A DNA stretch of 64,000 bases, from IMG/VR virus record IMGVR_UViG_3300028601_000020; one strand, written 5' to 3'. Positions 10,016-19,620 of the stretch are shown here, in pieces. A program made the translations under genes and the position numbers. The notes below the pieces were generated by a model. That model was not told the DNA's origin. It worked only from the letters and a program-made list of their open reading frames with translations, and ran no database searches. Each line of letters starts with the position of its first letter. Position 1 is the first letter of the stretch. Origin of the DNA: a virus (Duplodnaviria; Caudoviricetes).

Positions 10016-10500
10016 ATATATTTTTAAAAATCATTAACTTTTTCAAATCAAAAAACAAAATGGAATCCATTCCTTCAAAAATTATTGAAATAAACGATAA
10101 GTGGAATAAGTCAAAAACAGTTCGTTATTGGAGCGATGAACTTATTTTTGGTAAAGTAGATTATTGGCAAACACCAAAAGAATTCATCAAAAATGGATTA
10201 GGTGATTGTGAAGATTTTGCAATAGCAAAGTTTTTTGACTTAAAGAAAGAAGGTTATGATCCTTGGATTGTTTATTGTATGGATAAGACTTCTGGTCATG
10301 CTGTCTGTGTGGTTGACGATTATATTCTTGATTTGGATCGTATATATGATTTACGAAAAGATAAATATTGGAAATATGCTTCTGTGTATGGTTTCAATCT
10401 TGATGAATTTAAAATTTTCAAAGAATTCAAGCCAACAGGAAGAAATCTTGGTGTACATAATTTGAAATCATGGACAAATCTTTTAGAAAGGATGAAATGA
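10012..10500 (+). CDS. transglutaminase-like cysteine peptidase (BTLCP/LapG-like)
   Basis: DYWQTPKEF, GDCEDFAIAKF, HAVC and ILD give a Cys-His-Asp triad. Confidence 0.8.
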   Translation: MNIFLKIINFFKSKNKMESIPSKIIEINDKWNKSKTVRYWSDELIFGKVDYWQTPKEFIKNGLGDCEDFAIAKFFDLKKEGYDPWIVYCMDKTSGHAVCVVDDYILDLDRIYDLRKDKYWKYASVYGFNLDEFKIFKEFKPTGRNLGVHNLKSWTNLLERMK

Positions 10501-10787
10501 CGTTGACAGAAAAAGTTAAAACATTTAAAAAAATGATGGAAGAACTGGAAAAATATCGGAGAAAGCCAAATATTGTTCATTCTGCTCAATATACAGGAGA
10601 TGTTGATAAACTTCCTGATGAAATAAAAAATCATAAAATGTTTAAGACAGACAAAGATGGTCCGTATATTGAAACCCTTGAAGGTAATATGCGGATCTCA
10701 AAAGGCGATTTCATTGTTATTGGTATAAAAGACGATATGTTTCCAGTTAAGCCATCTATTTTTAAACAAAATTACACAAAAGAATGA
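10497..10787 (+). CDS. conserved small phage protein
   Basis: IETLEGNMRISKGDFIV...PVKPSIFKQNY pattern. Confidence 0.65.
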   Translation: MTLTEKVKTFKKMMEELEKYRRKPNIVHSAQYTGDVDKLPDEIKNHKMFKTDKDGPYIETLEGNMRISKGDFIVIGIKDDMFPVKPSIFKQNYTKE

Positions 10788-12361
10788 AAGACTTTAAAAC
10801 ATTTATTTTTGAAGCTCCAAGAGGCCGTCCTCCAAAACCCAAACAATCGTTTGACGAAAAAACCCACGGCCAAAAACTAGAATCATTTAAATCTGGTCTT
10901 CGCAGATTGAACAAGATTTATCGTGACGTTAATCCAGAAAGAATTGATACTGGAAACAGATGGGAAGTCAAGTATTCAGCCAAATCATATAGCCAATATG
11001 AAGAGGCGAGAAAAATATTTTTGAATTTCGCAGATAATTTTGAACATTGGGTTTATAAAGAACTTATTGACCCAACATTAGGTAGATCCAGCGAGTCAAA
11101 AAACAAAGAACCAGAATTACAAAAAAGAGTTAGAAGCACTGCATGGACTGCTTTTATAGGATTGTCTGGCGGTAGTGCTTTTCCTACAAGTGGTATGGAA
11201 GATTCTCCTGATTTTCATAGATTCATCAAAGAGAAAGACACAAACGTTAGAAGGTGGAACGAGAACTTTAAACAAGCCTTCCGTGCAATACAAGATTATA
11301 TTGATGATATGGGAAAGGCAGACATAATTCCCAAGAAAGACGAAATCCTTTCAGTAAAGGGCGTCCGTGTTATTATTCCTGCTGCTGAACGAACATCCTT
11401 CCATGAAAAATATATCAAGAACTATATTCAATATGAAATTCCGTTTGTTGTGGATTTATTGAATAAAAATGGTTTCAAGACATTAACCAGACAATTAGAA
11501 ATTGAATTTAATTTTGACAATAGAAGTATGCTTGGTGGAGAATTTCACCACACAGAAAAAGGCAAAGTGATGATTTATGTTCTTGGAATGAGTGAGGGAA
11601 ATATTGCAAAGCAAGTTTTGCTTCATGAACTAGCGCACAGATTTTATTATAATAATTTGAAAAAAAGCGTGCGGGATTTATGGGATGATGTTATTATTAG
11701 TCGTAAGTTCGTTGTTACTCGTGATCATGTTAAAACGATGGCAAAAATAACCGATGAAAATGGTCAACTTCCCAAAAACATCAACAAAGTCCTTGACTCA
11801 ATTCATGATCCGTTAGAATATGTTTCTATGTATTTTATAGCTCAAGAATTAAGCGGCGGAAAAATACGGAACAAAGATCAGTTGTGGCGGCGTCTTTGGG
11901 AATTAGAAGGAAAGCAAACATATAAAGAATACATTTCTGCCTATGCCGGAAAAAATGCGGCAGAGGCTTTTGCAGAAGCATTATCATTGTATTTGCTTGA
12001 AGGGCCAAGAAGACTTCAGCCTTTCACCCGAAAATTTTTGAAAATGGTTGTTGGGACAACAGGAATTTATTTAAAAGAAAATAATCAAACACAGGAAAAA
12101 ATGAAAACATTCAAAGAATACACCGAGAGTATCAACGAAACGTCCTCTAATATTTCGTCTTATACAAAATCTCCACTAAAAGTAATTGTGAAAGGAGTAG
12201 ATTTTGATTTGTCTTTTAAGAAAGGAAAAATGGGATTTGATGCCATTCTTTCTAACCAACATGGAAAGAAGGTTATTTCAAAACTAAACAAAGATCAGGA
12301 CATTGATGCTTTTATTACACGAATGAAAGAAGTTTATAAAATTGATATCAAAAAGAAATAA
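10784..12361 (+). CDS. putative internal virion protein with zincin metallopeptidase motif
   Basis: N-terminal MKDFKTFIFE; LLHELAH and SAYAGKNAAEAFAE; second CTS-like start at 12101. Confidence 0.65.
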   Translation: MKDFKTFIFEAPRGRPPKPKQSFDEKTHGQKLESFKSGLRRLNKIYRDVNPERIDTGNRWEVKYSAKSYSQYEEARKIFLNFADNFEHWVYKELIDPTLGRSSESKNKEPELQKRVRSTAWTAFIGLSGGSAFPTSGMEDSPDFHRFIKEKDTNVRRWNENFKQAFRAIQDYIDDMGKADIIPKKDEILSVKGVRVIIPAAERTSFHEKYIKNYIQYEIPFVVDLLNKNGFKTLTRQLEIEFNFDNRSMLGGEFHHTEKGKVMIYVLGMSEGNIAKQVLLHELAHRFYYNNLKKSVRDLWDDVIISRKFVVTRDHVKTMAKITDENGQLPKNINKVLDSIHDPLEYVSMYFIAQELSGGKIRNKDQLWRRLWELEGKQTYKEYISAYAGKNAAEAFAEALSLYLLEGPRRLQPFTRKFLKMVVGTTGIYLKENNQTQEKMKTFKEYTESINETSSNISSYTKSPLKVIVKGVDFDLSFKKGKMGFDAILSNQHGKKVISKLNKDQDIDAFITRMKEVYKIDIKKK

Positions 12362-12490
12362 ATGCCAGCTTCAATTGTAAAATCATTTGCTCAAAAGACG
12401 GGAAATCAAGCAATGAATTAGTGATGCTGTTAAGATCGCAAAGAAATGGGCCGCAGAGAAGAAATTATTTCGGGTTTATGTGGCATCATA
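12362..12490 (+). pseudogene. remnant of small phage gene(s), probable deletion scar
   Basis: MPASIVKSFAQKTG stops after 19 codons; a different frame reads SDAVKIAKKWAAEKKLFRVYVAS*. Confidence 0.35.
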
Positions 12491-12546
12491 AATACTAATG
12501 AAGAATTTTCATTTTAAAGAAACACTTACAACATTAAGAGGATAAC

Positions 12547-13407
12547 ATTTACTCTATTCAAAATAAATTGGGGTCTGAATATATCTATATAGTATATAAA
12601 ACGACTAATATAATTAACAATAAATATTATGTTGGGGTTCACAGACAAAATAAAAATGACCTTGAATTTGACGGATATTATGGTTCTGGTATGTTATTGC
12701 GTTCTGCTATAAATAAATATGGAAAAGAAAATTTTATTCGTGAAACTCTTTTTGTTTTTGATAAAGAAAATGATGCTTATGATAAAGAAGCCGAAATCGT
12801 GAACGAAACGTTTATCCAAAAAAACATGGTTTATAATCTTTGTGTTGGTGGAGGACACCCGCCAACTTTGTCAGGATCTGAAAATTATATGTATGGTAAG
12901 ACTCACACAGAAGAAGCTAGAAAAAAGATAAGCGAAAAAAGAAAAGGAAAATCGGTTTCAAACGAAACGAAGAAAAAAATAAGTGATTCAATGAAAGGTG
13001 AGAATCATCCTCTTTTTGGAAAATACGGAAAAAATCATCCGAATTATGGAAAACGCCATTCTGAAGAAACTAAACTAATATTGAGAGAAAAGAATAAAGG
13101 TAAAATTATGAGTGACGAATCAAAAGCGAAAATGAGCATGAAAGCAAAAGAAAGATTGAAGAATAAAGAAAATCATTGGAATTACGGAAAACACCATTCT
13201 GAAGAAACCAAACAAAAAATAAGCGAATCACAACGTGGCGAGAAGGGAAATTTTTATGGAAAACAACACTCTGAAGAATCAAAACAAAAAATGAAGAAAC
13301 CAAAAATAAAAGTTGTTTGCCCTTATTGTGGAAAAATCGGTGGGTTGCCCGTAATGAAAAGGTTTCATTTTGATAAATGTAAACATAAAATAAACACTAC
13401 AATATAA
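12547..13407 (+). CDS. GIY-YIG (Seg-like) homing endonuclease with NUMOD3 repeats; start ATT 12547 or TTG 12568
   Basis: YIVYKTTN...YYVGVH...GYYGSG; HSEETK repeats; C-terminal CPYCGK. Confidence 0.85.
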   Translation: MYSIQNKLGSEYIYIVYKTTNIINNKYYVGVHRQNKNDLEFDGYYGSGMLLRSAINKYGKENFIRETLFVFDKENDAYDKEAEIVNETFIQKNMVYNLCVGGGHPPTLSGSENYMYGKTHTEEARKKISEKRKGKSVSNETKKKISDSMKGENHPLFGKYGKNHPNYGKRHSEETKLILREKNKGKIMSDESKAKMSMKAKERLKNKENHWNYGKHHSEETKQKISESQRGEKGNFYGKQHSEESKQKMKKPKIKVVCPYCGKIGGLPVMKRFHFDKCKHKINTTI

Positions 13408-13421
13408 AAATAGGAGACAAA

Positions 13422-13928
13422 ATGGATTTGTCAATTAACGCTTTCAAAGGCGCATTTATTTCAGGCGCAAGACCAAACCTGTATGCTGTTACAATTGCAG
13501 AACTCGGCAGTACGCTTGAATTCGTTTGTCGCGGTTCTCAACTTCCATCAAGCTCAATGGGTATGATTGACGTTCCTTATATGGGTCGTCAACTCAAGGT
13601 TGCTGGTAACCGTATTTTTGCAGACTGGACTATTACTGTACTCAATGACACGAATTTTGCTGTTCGTCAAGCAGTTGAAGCGTGGTCTTCTCTGATCAAC
13701 GGACACGAATCAAACGTTGGTCCTGTTGATATTAATGCTTATTACAGAAACGCAACCGTTCAGCAACTTGATCAGGCCGGCGGCATTCTGTACACTTACG
13801 AATTCAAAGACATTTGGCCGACAGAAATTTCTGAAATTGAATTGGCTTTTGACTCGAATGATCAAATTGAAGAATTTACAATAACCTTCGCCGTGGGTTC
13901 TTATTGGCTTTCTAACGGCGCAGCATAA
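13422..13928 (+). CDS. gp19: tail tube protein
   Basis: GARPNLY, GRQLKVAGNRIFADWTITVLND, IEEFTITF. Confidence 0.95.
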   Translation: MDLSINAFKGAFISGARPNLYAVTIAELGSTLEFVCRGSQLPSSSMGMIDVPYMGRQLKVAGNRIFADWTITVLNDTNFAVRQAVEAWSSLINGHESNVGPVDINAYYRNATVQQLDQAGGILYTYEFKDIWPTEISEIELAFDSNDQIEEFTITFAVGSYWLSNGAA

Positions 13929-13933
13929 TAATT

Positions 13934-15538
13934 ATGTTTGAAAGACTTTTTGAGGCCTTCGGGCTTGATCTAAAAAAGAATAAACTTGACTCTCCACAGA
14001 TCGTCAAAGATACATACGATGACGGTGCTGTGGAGGTCATTGATTATGGTGGTGTGTACTATGACGGATATACTGATGTTCTAAAAGCAATTTCCAACGA
14101 ACGTGAACTAATTCTTTTGTATCGGGAAATCTCGTTTATTCCGGAAGTGGATCAAGCAATAAATGAAATTGTCAATGATGCCATTGTTTATTCAAAATCT
14201 GAACATTTCCCAGTCAAAATAAATCTTGATGGAGTTGAACTATCTGACAATATCAAGAAAAAGATTTTTGAAGAATTTGAAAATATTCTTGGTCTTCTAA
14301 AATTTGACAACAAAGCAGATGACACTTTCCGTCAATGGTATATTGACGGAAGAATGCCTTTTTATTTGTACGTTGACGAAAATAAGAAGAGTAACGGCAT
14401 TACAAAAATTATAGCAATTGACCCAACGAAAATCAAGAAAATTCGTGAAATAAAAAAGAAAATGATTGATGGGGTAGAAAAAATTTATGAAATAGATGAA
14501 AAATATATTTATTTTCCTGATAATAACACCCCTGTTGAATTTGTCAATAAACCGTTACAGTCTTATAATATTTCTGGTGAAATGCACAGGGGTATTGAAT
14601 TAACTGCTGATTCGGTTGTTTTTTCTACGTCTGGTCTTATGGACGAAATGAGAATTTCGGTTTTGTCGTATCTCCATAAAGCGATTAAACCAGCTAATCA
14701 GTTGAATCAAATGGAAGATGCTATGCTTATCTATAGAATTTCTCGTGCTCCTGAGAGACGGGTTTTCTATGTTGATGTGGGCAATCTTCCTAAAAATAAA
14801 GCAGAATCTTACCTTCAGTCATTAATGGCGAGGTTCAGAAATAAGTTGTCTTATAATGCGTCTACTGGAAAAGTGAGGAATGAAAGCCACATTAAGTCAA
14901 TTCTTGAAGACTTTTGGCTTCCTAGGCGTGAAGGTGGTAAAGGAACGGAAATATCAACAATTGGTGGGAACACTACTTTTGCTGGGATTACTGAAGAGAC
15001 AAATTATTTTAAACAAAGACTGTATAGATCGTTGAACGTTCCTATCGGTCGTGTTGATCCTGAAGCAACCTTTGTTTTTGGTAAATCAGGTGAAATTACC
15101 CGCGATGAAATAAAATTTTCAAAGTTCATCAATAATCTACGGAATCAGTTCGGTCAAACGATTTTTGATGATATTTTGAAAACTCAACTCGTTCTGAAGA
15201 AAATTATTAAGTTCAATGAATGGGAAACGATTCAGAAAGGAATTTTTTATCAGTGGGAAGACGATTCTCATTTTTCAGAAATGAAAGAACTTGAGACGTT
15301 GAATCTTAGAATGGAAACTCTTGATCTTGTCAACAATCATCGGGATAATTATTTCTCGAAAGGATGGATCAGGCGGCATGTTTTATTCCAAACTGAGGAA
15401 GAAATCAAAGAACTCGAAAGAGAGCGTGATAAAGAGCAAGAGACAGAACCAGAGGAAGAACCTCAAGAAAAAGAACCACGTCCCGTCCCTGTTGTCTTAC
15501 AACAGCCCGATGAAGAGGACGAAGAGGATCAAAAATGA
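13934..15538 (+). CDS. gp20: portal vertex protein
   Basis: YRISRAPERRVFYVDVGNLP, EDFWLPRREG, ITRDEIKF. Confidence 0.97.
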   Translation: MFERLFEAFGLDLKKNKLDSPQIVKDTYDDGAVEVIDYGGVYYDGYTDVLKAISNERELILLYREISFIPEVDQAINEIVNDAIVYSKSEHFPVKINLDGVELSDNIKKKIFEEFENILGLLKFDNKADDTFRQWYIDGRMPFYLYVDENKKSNGITKIIAIDPTKIKKIREIKKKMIDGVEKIYEIDEKYIYFPDNNTPVEFVNKPLQSYNISGEMHRGIELTADSVVFSTSGLMDEMRISVLSYLHKAIKPANQLNQMEDAMLIYRISRAPERRVFYVDVGNLPKNKAESYLQSLMARFRNKLSYNASTGKVRNESHIKSILEDFWLPRREGGKGTEISTIGGNTTFAGITEETNYFKQRLYRSLNVPIGRVDPEATFVFGKSGEITRDEIKFSKFINNLRNQFGQTIFDDILKTQLVLKKIIKFNEWETIQKGIFYQWEDDSHFSEMKELETLNLRMETLDLVNNHRDNYFSKGWIRRHVLFQTEEEIKELERERDKEQETEPEEEPQEKEPRPVPVVLQQPDEEDEEDQK

Positions 15539-15702
15539 AATATAGAGAAATTGTAATAGGCGCAATTGACGGCAGTCCGTCTGAAGTTGAAAAATCTTTT
15601 GACTCTGCCATTAAGAGGGAGGTTATGGATCGCATTGAAGCAAAACGGGCAGAAGTCGGGTCAAATCTTTTAAAACAAATTAGAAAATCTGCGGACGATT
15701 GA
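15535..15702 (+). CDS. gp67: prohead core protein, 55 aa (not in ORF track)
   Basis: MKYREIVIGAIDGSPSEVEKSFDSAIKREVMDRIEAKRAEVGSNLL; directly after the portal gene as in T4. Confidence 0.65.
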   Translation: MKYREIVIGAIDGSPSEVEKSFDSAIKREVMDRIEAKRAEVGSNLLKQIRKSADD

Positions 15703-15986
15703 TGAAAACAAAAGTAGTTCCGCTTAATAACGGCTCAAAAGTAATTTTGTATAAAAATGAAATGACCGGTGAATGGCTTAGAGACAAATCTAAAGCATCG
15801 GATAACTTCCAAAAATACATCATTGAATCAAATGAGAAGAAAGCAAGAACCATTCGCCAATATTATAGCGGAATTACAATTTCATATACAAGAAATAAAA
15901 TTCGTGAAATGATAAATAATGATATCAAAAATATTGATTTACTTTATGACACTATTGTAAATGAGATAATTTTAAAGAGGAAATAA
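15702..15986 (+). CDS. hypothetical protein at the gp68 position
   Basis: ORF between the gp67-like gene and gp21. Confidence 0.5.
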   Translation: MKTKVVPLNNGSKVILYKNEMTGEWLRDKSKASDNFQKYIIESNEKKARTIRQYYSGITISYTRNKIREMINNDIKNIDLLYDTIVNEIILKRK

Positions 15987-16664
15987 ATGGCAAAGTTAAT
16001 TATGGATATCATTTTTGATAATTCAACAATGGTATCCGAGTCAAGAGACGGAACAAAAGAACTTTTCATTGAAGGAATATTTCTTCAAGCAGAAAAGAAA
16101 AATAGGAACGGAAGGATTTATCCTATTGACGTTCTTAAACCAGTTGTAGAAAAATATATTGATAATTATGTTACTCCAAACAGAGCAATGGGAGAACTTA
16201 ATCATCCAACCTCTCCTTCTGTTGATCCAAAAAATGCAAGTCACCTTATTACTTCATTGAAACTTGAAGGACATGATTATATTGGAAAGGCAAAGATTTT
16301 GAATACTCCTGTTGGTAATATTGTAAGAGGTCTCATTGAAGGTGGAGTAAATCTTGGAGTTTCTAGTAGGGGTCTTGGATCCCTCAAAGAAGGAACCGGT
16401 CCTTATAGAGGATCAAAAGTCGTTAATCGTGATTATCATATGGTCACTGTTGATATTGTTTCCGATCCTTCTGCTCCTGATGCTTTTGTTAATGGTGTTT
16501 ATGAATCCGTTGATTATGTCATTGAAGCTGGTGTTATAAAGCCGGTAAACGTTGCTGAAATCAAAAAAGCAAGAAATTTGCTTTATAAGAAAAAACTTTC
16601 TGAAGCAGAAAAAATTGCTAATGCTCAGTCATTGATGGCAACAATTCTTAAATTTTCAGAATAA
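15987..16664 (+). CDS. gp21: prohead protease
   Basis: IEGIFLQAE, NRNGRIY, GELNHP, GVSSRGLGSL, DIVSDPSAPDA. Confidence 0.96.
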   Translation: MAKLIMDIIFDNSTMVSESRDGTKELFIEGIFLQAEKKNRNGRIYPIDVLKPVVEKYIDNYVTPNRAMGELNHPTSPSVDPKNASHLITSLKLEGHDYIGKAKILNTPVGNIVRGLIEGGVNLGVSSRGLGSLKEGTGPYRGSKVVNRDYHMVTVDIVSDPSAPDAFVNGVYESVDYVIEAGVIKPVNVAEIKKARNLLYKKKLSEAEKIANAQSLMATILKFSE

Positions 16665-16771
16665 TTGATTACAATTTCTGTGAAGTATAAATAATAGTAG
16701 AAAAATAAGACTGTTAGTAATTTGCAATTTGCTAATAAAAAATAAAATTTTGAACACAATAGGAGTACCAT

Positions 16772-17650
16772 ATGTCAGTTCTGGAAACAATCAAAAAAAA
16801 GTTGCAGGAATCGCTGGACGAAGAAAAACTTGCTATTCTTGAAGCAGTAGAGGTTGAACTTACTGAAGAAGAAATGGAAGGACTGTCAGAGGAAGAGATT
16901 GCTGCTCTGATTGAAGCAAAGAAAAAGGAAATGAAGGAAGAAGATGACGAAGAGGATGATGATGACGATGATGAAGAAATTGATGTAAAAGAGTCCTTAG
17001 CAAAAATCTTTGAAGGCGCAAAAATTGATGAAAAGGTAAAATCTGACCTTGAAACTCTTTTTAATGCCGTTGTAGCCGAAAAGGTTATTCGTAAGTGTGA
17101 TGAACTTTCGGACAAATACGAAAGTGAACTTGAAGAGGCTCTTGAGAAAATTGAAGAATCCATTGACAAATATATTTCTTATGTTGCTGATGAATGGATG
17201 AACGAGAATGAGCTTGCAGTAGAAAAAGGCATTCGTCAAGAAATTTCTGAAAACGTTCTTGCTGGTATTCGGAATCTGTTCGTTGAGAATTACATTGATG
17301 TTCCAGAGGAAAAAATTGATCTGGTTGCAGAGGCAGAAGATACTATTGAAGAACTTACCAGCAAACTTGACGAAACCACAAACACAATTCTTTCTCTCAA
17401 GAAAGAAATTGATGAAATGAAAACGGAAAAAATCGTCAATGAACTTGCTACAGAGTTGACTGAAACAGAAAAAGAAAAACTTTCTGACCTTATTTCTGAA
17501 TTCAAATATGAAGACGATTCAAGCTATAAAGAAAAGGTTTCTCTTGTCATTGAAAAATATTTTGGTAAGCCCGAGGATAAAGAAAAGATTGATGAAAGCA
17601 AGATTGATGACCGTATGAAACTGTACATTAATCATTTCAAAAAGAAGTAA
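16772..17650 (+). CDS. gp22: prohead scaffold protein
   Basis: Acidic coiled coil, YVADEWMNENELAVE, LFVENYIDVPEEK; TATAAATA at 16687. Confidence 0.92.
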   Translation: MSVLETIKKKLQESLDEEKLAILEAVEVELTEEEMEGLSEEEIAALIEAKKKEMKEEDDEEDDDDDDEEIDVKESLAKIFEGAKIDEKVKSDLETLFNAVVAEKVIRKCDELSDKYESELEEALEKIEESIDKYISYVADEWMNENELAVEKGIRQEISENVLAGIRNLFVENYIDVPEEKIDLVAEAEDTIEELTSKLDETTNTILSLKKEIDEMKTEKIVNELATELTETEKEKLSDLISEFKYEDDSSYKEKVSLVIEKYFGKPEDKEKIDESKIDDRMKLYINHFKKK

Positions 17651-17763
17651 AAAACCACAATTTGACGCAATTTCTTGAAATTATAAATAATAATACAAAA
17701 GATTTATTTTCAAGAAATTGCCAAGAAATTTAACAAACACTAAATGATCTAAGAGGTAAAAAT

Positions 17764-19062
17764 ATGTCTGTTTACACAAACAATGTTGGTTTTGAAGAAC
17801 TTTCGGAAAAGTGGAATCCTATTCTTGAAGCAGAGTCAGAGACTCCGATTAAGGATGATTGGAAGAAGAAAGTAACTCTTCGTATGCTTGAGAATCAGGA
17901 AAAAGCAATGATCACTGAGGCTCCTACTAACGTCACTGGTGGCGTTGACAAATGGGATCCAGTTCTCATTTCAATGATTCGTAGAAATGCTCCGAAAATG
18001 ATCGCTTTTGACATTTTTGGTGTTCAGCCAATGTCCGGTCCTACTGGACTTATCTTTGCGATTCGTTCGCGTTATGTAGACGGGGACAAAGATCAGGCGG
18101 GTCCTGAAGCATTCTTTGATGAAGCAAATTCTGGCTTCGCTGGTGTTCGTTCTGACATGACCACTGCTGCATCTACTCCTACATGGACTGGTAATAGTGG
18201 CGGTACTCCTGACGGTACTTTGACTGATCCGACTTCTGTTGATTACGGTTATGGTACTGGTATGACAACTGCTGCTGCTGAATTGCTTGGTTCTACTAAT
18301 GCATGGAACGAGATGGCATTCAGCATTGAGAAAAGTTCTGTAACTGCTACTTCACGCGCATTGAAGGCAACTTGGACCCATGAACTGTCACAAGACCTTA
18401 AAGCGATTCATGGACTGGATGCTGATGCTGAACTTACCAATATTCTGTCTACTGAACTTCTGTCAGAAATCAACCGTGAACTTGTTCGTCGGTGCTACGT
18501 TCTTGCAAAACAGGGTGCATTGATCACTTCTGGTACAACCACAAACGGTGTATACGATCTTGACACTGACTCAAACGGTCGTTGGTCGGTTGAACGTTTC
18601 AAGGGTCTTATGTTCCAGATTGAAAAAGAAGCAAACCTTATTGCTATTCAGACTCGGCGCGGTAAAGGTAACTTCCTTATCGTTTCTGCTGATATCGCTT
18701 CCGCTCTTGCAATGACTGGTCTGCTTGACACTGGTAAGGGTTCTGATTATATGTCTCCGAACATCGTTGATCCTACTGGTATGACTTATATCGGTATGCT
18801 GAATGGTCGCACTAAGGTATTCATTGATCCTTATACTTCAATCAATTCTGTACTGGTTGGGTTCAAAGGATCAAATCAGTATGATGCTGGTGCTTTCTAT
18901 TGTCCTTACGTTCCATTCACTCTTTACAAGTCTCAGGGTCAGGATGACTTCCAGCCACGAATCGGCTTCAAGACTCGTTTTGGTTTTGCTGCTAACCCAT
19001 TCGGTGGCGGTATTGGAGCGAATCCTTACTTCCGTCTGTTCAAGGTTACAAACCTCGGTTAA
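17764..19062 (+). CDS. gp23: major capsid protein
   Basis: GVQPMSGPTGLIFA, SRALKA, QDLKAIHGLDA, EINRE, YCPYVP, FQPRIGFKTR; TATAAATA at 17682. Confidence 0.98.
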   Translation: MSVYTNNVGFEELSEKWNPILEAESETPIKDDWKKKVTLRMLENQEKAMITEAPTNVTGGVDKWDPVLISMIRRNAPKMIAFDIFGVQPMSGPTGLIFAIRSRYVDGDKDQAGPEAFFDEANSGFAGVRSDMTTAASTPTWTGNSGGTPDGTLTDPTSVDYGYGTGMTTAAAELLGSTNAWNEMAFSIEKSSVTATSRALKATWTHELSQDLKAIHGLDADAELTNILSTELLSEINRELVRRCYVLAKQGALITSGTTTNGVYDLDTDSNGRWSVERFKGLMFQIEKEANLIAIQTRRGKGNFLIVSADIASALAMTGLLDTGKGSDYMSPNIVDPTGMTYIGMLNGRTKVFIDPYTSINSVLVGFKGSNQYDAGAFYCPYVPFTLYKSQGQDDFQPRIGFKTRFGFAANPFGGGIGANPYFRLFKVTNLG

Positions 19063-19097
19063 TTTTATTGACAAAAATTAACCTTTGAAGTATGCTA

Positions 19098-19130
19098 AGA
19101 GGGTTGGGTAAAACCAACCCTCTTTTTTGT
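19098..19130 (+). terminator. intrinsic terminator after gp23
   Basis: AGAGGGTTGG...CCAACCCTCT followed by a T tract. Confidence 0.85.
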
Positions 19131-19181
19131 TGTAAAATTTTGCATGGATATCCAACATGATTTTTTGTAATTTTTCAAAAG

Positions 19182-19267
19182 TATAAATAATAGTATAATA
19201 ATGATCATTATGCAGTTTCTCCTTTCTCCTTGCGGGACCGGTCCTCCTTCCGGTCCCGCATTTTTTG
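19182..19267 (+). ncRNA. candidate late small RNA with anti-Shine-Dalgarno repeats
   Basis: TATAAATA (19182-19189), TTTCTCCTTTCTCCT, 11-bp GC stem with TCCTCCTT loop, T tract; no ORF of note. Confidence 0.5.
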
Positions 19268-19314
19268 TTTGACTTCCAAGATAAATACATATATATTGTG
19301 CGAATAGTTTAACA

Positions 19315-19620
19315 ATGTACCCCATAAGGAGTCCCATGAAAGAAATCATAACAACCTTGGATATTTTCGGAAAATTTGAAGAATACGAAGAGGATAGATC
19401 CATAGAATCGGGTATGTTTCAACTAAGTGAATATTCTCTTTATAACGAAGATGACGGTAAAGTTTATATCACCGATGATCTTGGAAGAACTCTTGCGCTT
19501 TCATTTACAAATGGAGGGTATGTGATTAATGATCTCATGAAACACAAACAATATGACACGGTAACCGATGTGCTTGATATGCTTATTTCTGCTGACTTGG
19601 TTGCCCCAGGAGAAAATTAA
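19315..19620 (+). CDS. hypothetical protein (likely start MKEII at 19336)
   Basis: AGGAG RBS before the internal ATG. Confidence 0.6.
   Translation: MYPIRSPMKEIITTLDIFGKFEEYEEDRSIESGMFQLSEYSLYNEDDGKVYITDDLGRTLALSFTNGGYVINDLMKHKQYDTVTDVLDMLISADLVAPGEN

Noticed and set aside
16732-17169. Ser-rich minus-strand ORF
   Set aside because: Antisense of the Asp/Glu-rich gp22 tract
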